Source of the DNA: Escherichia coli
GTDB lineage: Bacteria > Pseudomonadota > Gammaproteobacteria > Enterobacterales > Enterobacteriaceae
Length of the DNA stretch: 64,000 nucleotides
NCBI RefSeq assembly: GCF_030013205.1
Contig: NZ_CP122648.1
Strand: one strand, 5' to 3'
The notes below the pieces were generated by a model that was not told the origin of the DNA, did not search any database, and was given only the letters and a program-made list of their open reading frames with translations. The translations under genes were made by a program, and so were the position numbers. Shown here in pieces: positions 59,295-64,000 of the stretch (positions are counted from its first letter, which is position 1; each line of letters begins with the position of its first letter).

Positions 59295-61994
59295 ATGCGT
59301 AAATATCCTTTAAGTTTACTGAAGGATAAAAATATTGTGACTTTTTTTGATTTCTGGGGAAAAACCCGACGCGGCGAGAAAGACGGGGGCGACGACTATC
59401 ACCTTCTTTGCTGGCATTCGCTGGATGTAGCCGCGATGGGCTATTTAATGGTTAAAAGCAATTGCTTCGGGCTGGTTGACTATTTTCGTCAACTAGGTTT
59501 CGCTGATACGGAGCAGGCAGCACAATTTTTCGCCTGGCTATTGTGCTGGCACGATACTGGAAAATTTGCCCGCTCTTTTCAGCAACTTTACCTGCACCCA
59601 CAACTCAAGGTTCCGGAAGGCGCAAGAAAGAATTACGAAAAGATCTCTCATTCAACGCTGGGCTACTGGCTGTGGCATCATTATTTAAGTGAATACGAAG
59701 AATTGCTTCCTTCATCTTCACTCTCTCCGCGCAAACTTAAACGGGTGATGGAGATGTGGATGCCCATGACTACCGGGCATCATGGTCGGCCCCCTGACCG
59801 TATTGATGAACTGGATAATTTTCTGCCTGAAGACAAAGCTGCCGCACGAGATTTTCTCCTTGAAATCAAGGTACTGTTTCCGCTCATCGAGATCCCCGCA
59901 TTCTGGGATGATGACGAGGGCATTGAACTTTTAAAACAACTTTCCTGGTATATCTCTGCAACCGTCGTACTCGCAGACTGGACGGGATCGTCAACGCGGT
60001 TTTTTCCACGCGTTGCACAGGCAATGGATATTAAAGATTACTGGCAGAAGGCTTTAGTTCAGGCTCAAAACGCCTTAACCGTCTTTCCTCCAAAAGCACA
60101 AACCGCGCCTTTCACCGGAATTAATACACTGTTTCCTTTTATTGAGCACCCGACACCGTTACAGCAAAAGGTGCTGGATCTGGATATCAGCCAGCCAGGA
60201 CCGCAGTTATTTATTCTGGAAGATGTGACTGGCGCAGGTAAAACAGAAGCGGCGCTTATCCTGGCGCACAGGTTGATGGCTGCGAGGAAAGCACAGGGTT
60301 TGTTTTTTGGCCTGCCAACAATGGCAACGGCCAATGCCATGTACGATCGGTTGGTCAAAACCTGGCTTGCTTTCTATTCTCCAGAATCTCGCCCCAGCCT
60401 GGTGCTGGCACACAGTGCCCGCACATTAATGGATCGCTTTAATGAATCACTCTGGTCCGGTGATTTAGTCGGGTCAGAAGAACCGGATGAACAAACGTTC
60501 AGTCAGGGATGTGCGGCCTGGTTTGCCGACAGTAACAAGAAGGCGTTGCTGGCTGAAATTGGCGTCGGCACTTTGGATCAGGCGATGATGGCGGTGATGC
60601 CGTTCAAACATAATAATCTGCGGCTTCTGGGGCTGAGTAATAAAATCCTGCTGGCTGATGAGATCCACGCCTGTGACGCTTACATGTCATGCATTCTTGA
60701 AGGGCTGATCGAGCGGCAGGCGCGTGGCGGAAACAGCGTCATTTTGCTTTCTGCCACGTTATCTCAACAGCAGCGCGACAAACTCGTTGCTGCCTTTGCG
60801 CGTGGTACAGAGGGCCAGCAAGAAGCTCCGTTCCTGGAAAAGGATGATTACCCCTGGCTGACGCACGTTACGAAATCCGATGTGCATTCACACCGGGTAG
60901 CGACGCGCAAAGACGTTGAGCGTAGCGTGAGCGTGGGTTGGCTTCATAGCGAACAAGAATGTATTGCGCGTATCGAATCGGCAGTAAGTCAGGGGAAATG
61001 CATCGCCTGGATCCGGAATTCTGTCGATGACGCTATTAAGGTTTATCGTCAGTTGCTTGCCCGCGGCGTCATTCCTGCTTCCAGCCTTTCTCTGTTTCAT
61101 AGCCGCTTTGCTTTTAGCGATCGCCAGCGAATTGAAACGGAAACGCTGGCACGCTTCGGTAAAAGTTGTAGTTTACAGAGATCATCGCAACTCATTGTTT
61201 TTACACAAGTAATTGAACAAAGTGTGGATATTGACCTGGACGAAATGATATCCGACCTGGCCCCTGTTGATTTGCTGATCCAACGGGCGGGGCGATTACA
61301 GCGGCATATCCGCGATATTAATGGTCAGTTAAAGCGTGACGGAAAAGACGAGCGTTCCCCTCCTGAATTGCTGATTCTGGCCCCCGTCTGGGACGACGCT
61401 CCAGGTGACGAATGGTTCGGCAGTGCCATGCGTAACAGTGCATATGTCTATCCCGATCATGGACGAATCTGGCTGACGCAGCGTGTACTGCGTGAGCAAG
61501 GCGCGATTCAAATGCCACACGCAGCCCGCCTTCTTATTGAATCAGTCTACGGTGAGGACGTGGTAATGCCGGAAGGATTTGCCCGCAGCGAGCAGGAACA
61601 AGTGGGCAAATATTACTGCGATCGCGCAATGGCTAAAAAGTTTGTGCTGAACTTCAGGCCCGGCTATGCCGCCAATATCAACGATTACCTCCCGGAAAAA
61701 CTGTCGACACGTCTGGCTGAGGAGTCTGTTTCCCTGTGGCTGTCTACCTGTATTGCCGGTGTGGTGAAGCCTTATGCCAACGGTGCTCACGCATGGGAAA
61801 TGAGCGTTGTCAGAGTGCGTCGAAGCTGGTGGAAAAAACATCGGGATGAGTTTTCTTTACTGGAAGGGGATGCGTTCAGGCAGTGGTGCATTGAACAGCG
61901 GCAAGAGCCGGAGATGGCAAACGTGATTTTAGTCACCGATGACGAAAGTTGCGGGTATTCGGCTATGGAAGGATTGACTGGCAAGGTTGGTTGA
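59295..61994 (+). CDS. cas3: Cas3 HD-nuclease/helicase, type I-E (variant differing from my recollection of K-12 Cas3)
   Basis: 899-aa ORF: N-terminal HD motif (LLCWHDTGKF), Walker A (TGAGKTEA), DEIH box (LLADEIHACDAY); very AT-rich region immediately upstream. Confidence 0.85.
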   Translation: MRKYPLSLLKDKNIVTFFDFWGKTRRGEKDGGDDYHLLCWHSLDVAAMGYLMVKSNCFGLVDYFRQLGFADTEQAAQFFAWLLCWHDTGKFARSFQQLYLHPQLKVPEGARKNYEKISHSTLGYWLWHHYLSEYEELLPSSSLSPRKLKRVMEMWMPMTTGHHGRPPDRIDELDNFLPEDKAAARDFLLEIKVLFPLIEIPAFWDDDEGIELLKQLSWYISATVVLADWTGSSTRFFPRVAQAMDIKDYWQKALVQAQNALTVFPPKAQTAPFTGINTLFPFIEHPTPLQQKVLDLDISQPGPQLFILEDVTGAGKTEAALILAHRLMAARKAQGLFFGLPTMATANAMYDRLVKTWLAFYSPESRPSLVLAHSARTLMDRFNESLWSGDLVGSEEPDEQTFSQGCAAWFADSNKKALLAEIGVGTLDQAMMAVMPFKHNNLRLLGLSNKILLADEIHACDAYMSCILEGLIERQARGGNSVILLSATLSQQQRDKLVAAFARGTEGQQEAPFLEKDDYPWLTHVTKSDVHSHRVATRKDVERSVSVGWLHSEQECIARIESAVSQGKCIAWIRNSVDDAIKVYRQLLARGVIPASSLSLFHSRFAFSDRQRIETETLARFGKSCSLQRSSQLIVFTQVIEQSVDIDLDEMISDLAPVDLLIQRAGRLQRHIRDINGQLKRDGKDERSPPELLILAPVWDDAPGDEWFGSAMRNSAYVYPDHGRIWLTQRVLREQGAIQMPHAARLLIESVYGEDVVMPEGFARSEQEQVGKYYCDRAMAKKFVLNFRPGYAANINDYLPEKLSTRLAEESVSLWLSTCIAGVVKPYANGAHAWEMSVVRVRRSWWKKHRDEFSLLEGDAFRQWCIEQRQEPEMANVILVTDDESCGYSAMEGLTGKVG

Positions 61995-62091
61995 GATGCC
62001 TGCGACAGGGCTCTCTGAATAGTTGATACACCGAAAAGGATGGAATGATGGACAACCGACCAGGGATGGTCTTTTTTACGAGAGGATGCGT

Positions 62092-63654
62092 ATGAACTCG
62101 TTTTCACTTCTGACAACCCCGTGGTTGCCCGTTCGTTATAAAGACGGAACGACAGGCAAACTGGCGCCAGTCGATCTGGCGGATGAAAATGTTGTCGATA
62201 TCGCTGCGCCGCGGGCAGATCTCCAGGGGGCGGCATGGCAGTTTTTGCTGGGACTATTACAAACCAGCTTCGCGCCAAAAGATCAACGTCGTTGGGATGA
62301 TATCTGGGAAGACGGACTGGAAGCTGAAAAGCTACGGGAAGCATTGCTGTCATTAGACCATGCTTTCCAGTTCGGGCCAGATTCACCTTCATTTATGCAG
62401 GATTTTGAGGCGCTCACGGGAGATAAAGTTCCGGTCGCTTCGCTACTGCCTGAGATTCCCGGCGTTCAAACAACAAAGTTTAATAAAGACCACTTTATCA
62501 AGCGTGGTGTAACGGAATACCTGTGCCCACATTGTTCTGCGTTAGCTCTGTTCTCCCTACAGTTAAATGCGCCGGCAGGCGGCAAAGGCTATCGCACCGG
62601 TTTACGCGGCGGTGGGCCGATGACCACGCTGATTGAATTACAGGAATATCAGGGCAATCAACAAACTCCCTTGTGGCGCAAACTATGGCTCAACGTGATG
62701 CCGCAGGATGAAGCCGACTTACCGCTACCCAAAAAATTTGACGATCTGATTTTCCCCTGGCTAGGCCCGACGCGTACCAGCGAACTGGCCGGTGCGGTGG
62801 TAACCCATGATCAGGTCAATAAACTCCAGGCGTACTGGGGAATGCCGCGGCGTATACGTATTGATTTTAATACCACGACAGTCGGCAACTGCGATATTTG
62901 CGACGAGCAGAACGACGCGCTCCTGAGCCTGATGACGACCAAAAATTATGGTGCCAATTATGCCATGTGGCAGCATCCCTTAACGCCTTACCGTGTACCA
63001 CTTAAAGAGGGGGGCGAGTTTTACTCCGTTAAACCACAACCGGGCGGTTTAATCTGGCGCGACTGGTTAGGCCTTATCGAAACGGGTAAATCAGAAAACA
63101 ATACGGAACTTCCCGCGCTGGTGGTGAAACTCTTTAATGCCAGCAGTCTGAAACAGGCAAAAGTGGGCCTATGGGGATTTGGTTATGATTTTGACAACAT
63201 GAAAGCGCGCTGTTGGTACGAACACCATTTCCCGCTACTGCTCAATAAAAAAGAAGGCCAGATACCGAAGCTGCGGCTGGCTGCGCAAACGGCTTCACGG
63301 ATTCTGAGTCTGTTACGGAGTGCATTGAAAGAAGCATGGTTCTCCGATCCAAAAGGTGCAAGGGGTGATTTCAGTTTTGTGGATATCGACTTCTGGAACA
63401 AAACTCAGCATCGCTTCCTGAGGTTAGTGCGCCAAATTGAAGAAGGTCAGGATGCGGATGAATTACTCGGCAAATGGCAAAAGGAAATTTGGTTATTCGC
63501 GCGTCAGGATTTTGACGAGCGTGTATTCACTAATCCTTATGAGCCCGTTGATTTGAAACGCGTCATGACCGCGCGCAAGAAATATTTTACAACATCGGCG
63601 GAGAAGCAAAGTGCTAAAGCCGCCTGGGAGAAAAAGCAGGAGGCTGCTGAATGA
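62092..63654 (+). CDS. cse1: Cse1 (CasA), Cascade large subunit, type I-E
   Basis: Start set at MNSFSLLTTPWLPVRY (ATG 62092, GAGG 6 nt upstream); GLRGG motif; same architecture as K-12 CasA but different sequence. Confidence 0.8.
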   Translation: MNSFSLLTTPWLPVRYKDGTTGKLAPVDLADENVVDIAAPRADLQGAAWQFLLGLLQTSFAPKDQRRWDDIWEDGLEAEKLREALLSLDHAFQFGPDSPSFMQDFEALTGDKVPVASLLPEIPGVQTTKFNKDHFIKRGVTEYLCPHCSALALFSLQLNAPAGGKGYRTGLRGGGPMTTLIELQEYQGNQQTPLWRKLWLNVMPQDEADLPLPKKFDDLIFPWLGPTRTSELAGAVVTHDQVNKLQAYWGMPRRIRIDFNTTTVGNCDICDEQNDALLSLMTTKNYGANYAMWQHPLTPYRVPLKEGGEFYSVKPQPGGLIWRDWLGLIETGKSENNTELPALVVKLFNASSLKQAKVGLWGFGYDFDNMKARCWYEHHFPLLLNKKEGQIPKLRLAAQTASRILSLLRSALKEAWFSDPKGARGDFSFVDIDFWNKTQHRFLRLVRQIEEGQDADELLGKWQKEIWLFARQDFDERVFTNPYEPVDLKRVMTARKKYFTTSAEKQSAKAAWEKKQEAAE

Positions 63655-64000
63655 GTATTGTAAAAGAGGAGCACAAAGCCACGCTGCGTAAATGGCACGA
63701 AGAGTTGCAGGAAAAACGCGGCAATCGTGCCAGTCTGCGGCGTAGCACAACGGTTAATGATGTTTGTCTGTCAGAAGGGTTTCGTTCTCTGCTGATGCAG
63801 ACCCACACGTTGTGGAAAATTGAATCACAGGAGTGGCGTTTTACCGCACTGGCGCTGGTTGCCGCCGTTGCCGCCAATGTAAAAGCCATTGATGAACGGC
63901 AGCCTTTTGCCGCGCAGTTGGCGGCGGTAATGTCTGAGGGGCGTTTTACTCGCCTGTCGGCAGTCAAAACGCCGGATGAATTACTGCGCCAGTTACGTCG
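63651..64000 (+). CDS. cse2: Cse2 (CasB), Cascade small subunit; 3' end beyond window
   Basis: ATG 63651 overlaps cse1 stop (ATGA) after AGGAGG; ORF open to window end. Confidence 0.7.
   Translation, partial: MSIVKEEHKATLRKWHEELQEKRGNRASLRRSTTVNDVCLSEGFRSLLMQTHTLWKIESQEWRFTALALVAAVAANVKAIDERQPFAAQLAAVMSEGRFTRLSAVKTPDELLRQLR

Overview
This window is an Escherichia coli-type chromosomal segment, syntenic with the K-12 mltA to cas3 region but given in reverse-complement orientation. It is mostly well-known core genes, with three sRNA or regulatory loci (gcvB, csrB with its UvrY box, REP elements) and a defence and accessory block at the right end. Gene order is mltA(partial)-tcdA-csdE-csdA-ygdI-gcvB-gcvA-ygdD-rlmM-fucRUKIP/fucAO-xni-sdaBC-ppnN-queF-syd-csrB-yqcC-truC-yqcA-gudPXD-barA-rlmD-relA-mazG-pyrG-eno-ygcG-queE-[CRISPR array]-ygcE-yqcE/ygcWUSRQ-ygcPON-queD-cysJIH-[hok-like]-cas3-cse1-cse2(partial). 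The most interesting signals are: (1) paired leader terminators with a shared 13-nt upstream motif and a perfect CRP site in the divergent yqcE/ygcW control region, in a cluster that also encodes a GlpP-family antiterminator (ygcP); (2) an unannotated 50-aa Hok-family toxin ORF between cysH and cas3; (3) a 4-spacer type I-E CRISPR array plus a decayed mini-array about 17 kb from a cas3-cse1-cse2 operon whose proteins differ from the K-12 versions as I recall them; (4) no mazEF between relA and mazG; (5) an in-frame TAA splitting ygcG; (6) a strong-RBS upstream ORF overlapping the pyrG start. All calls rest on reading the sequence plus recalled protein and RNA sequences; no database search or folding computation was run, so strain identity, spacer targets and K-12 comparisons are unverified.
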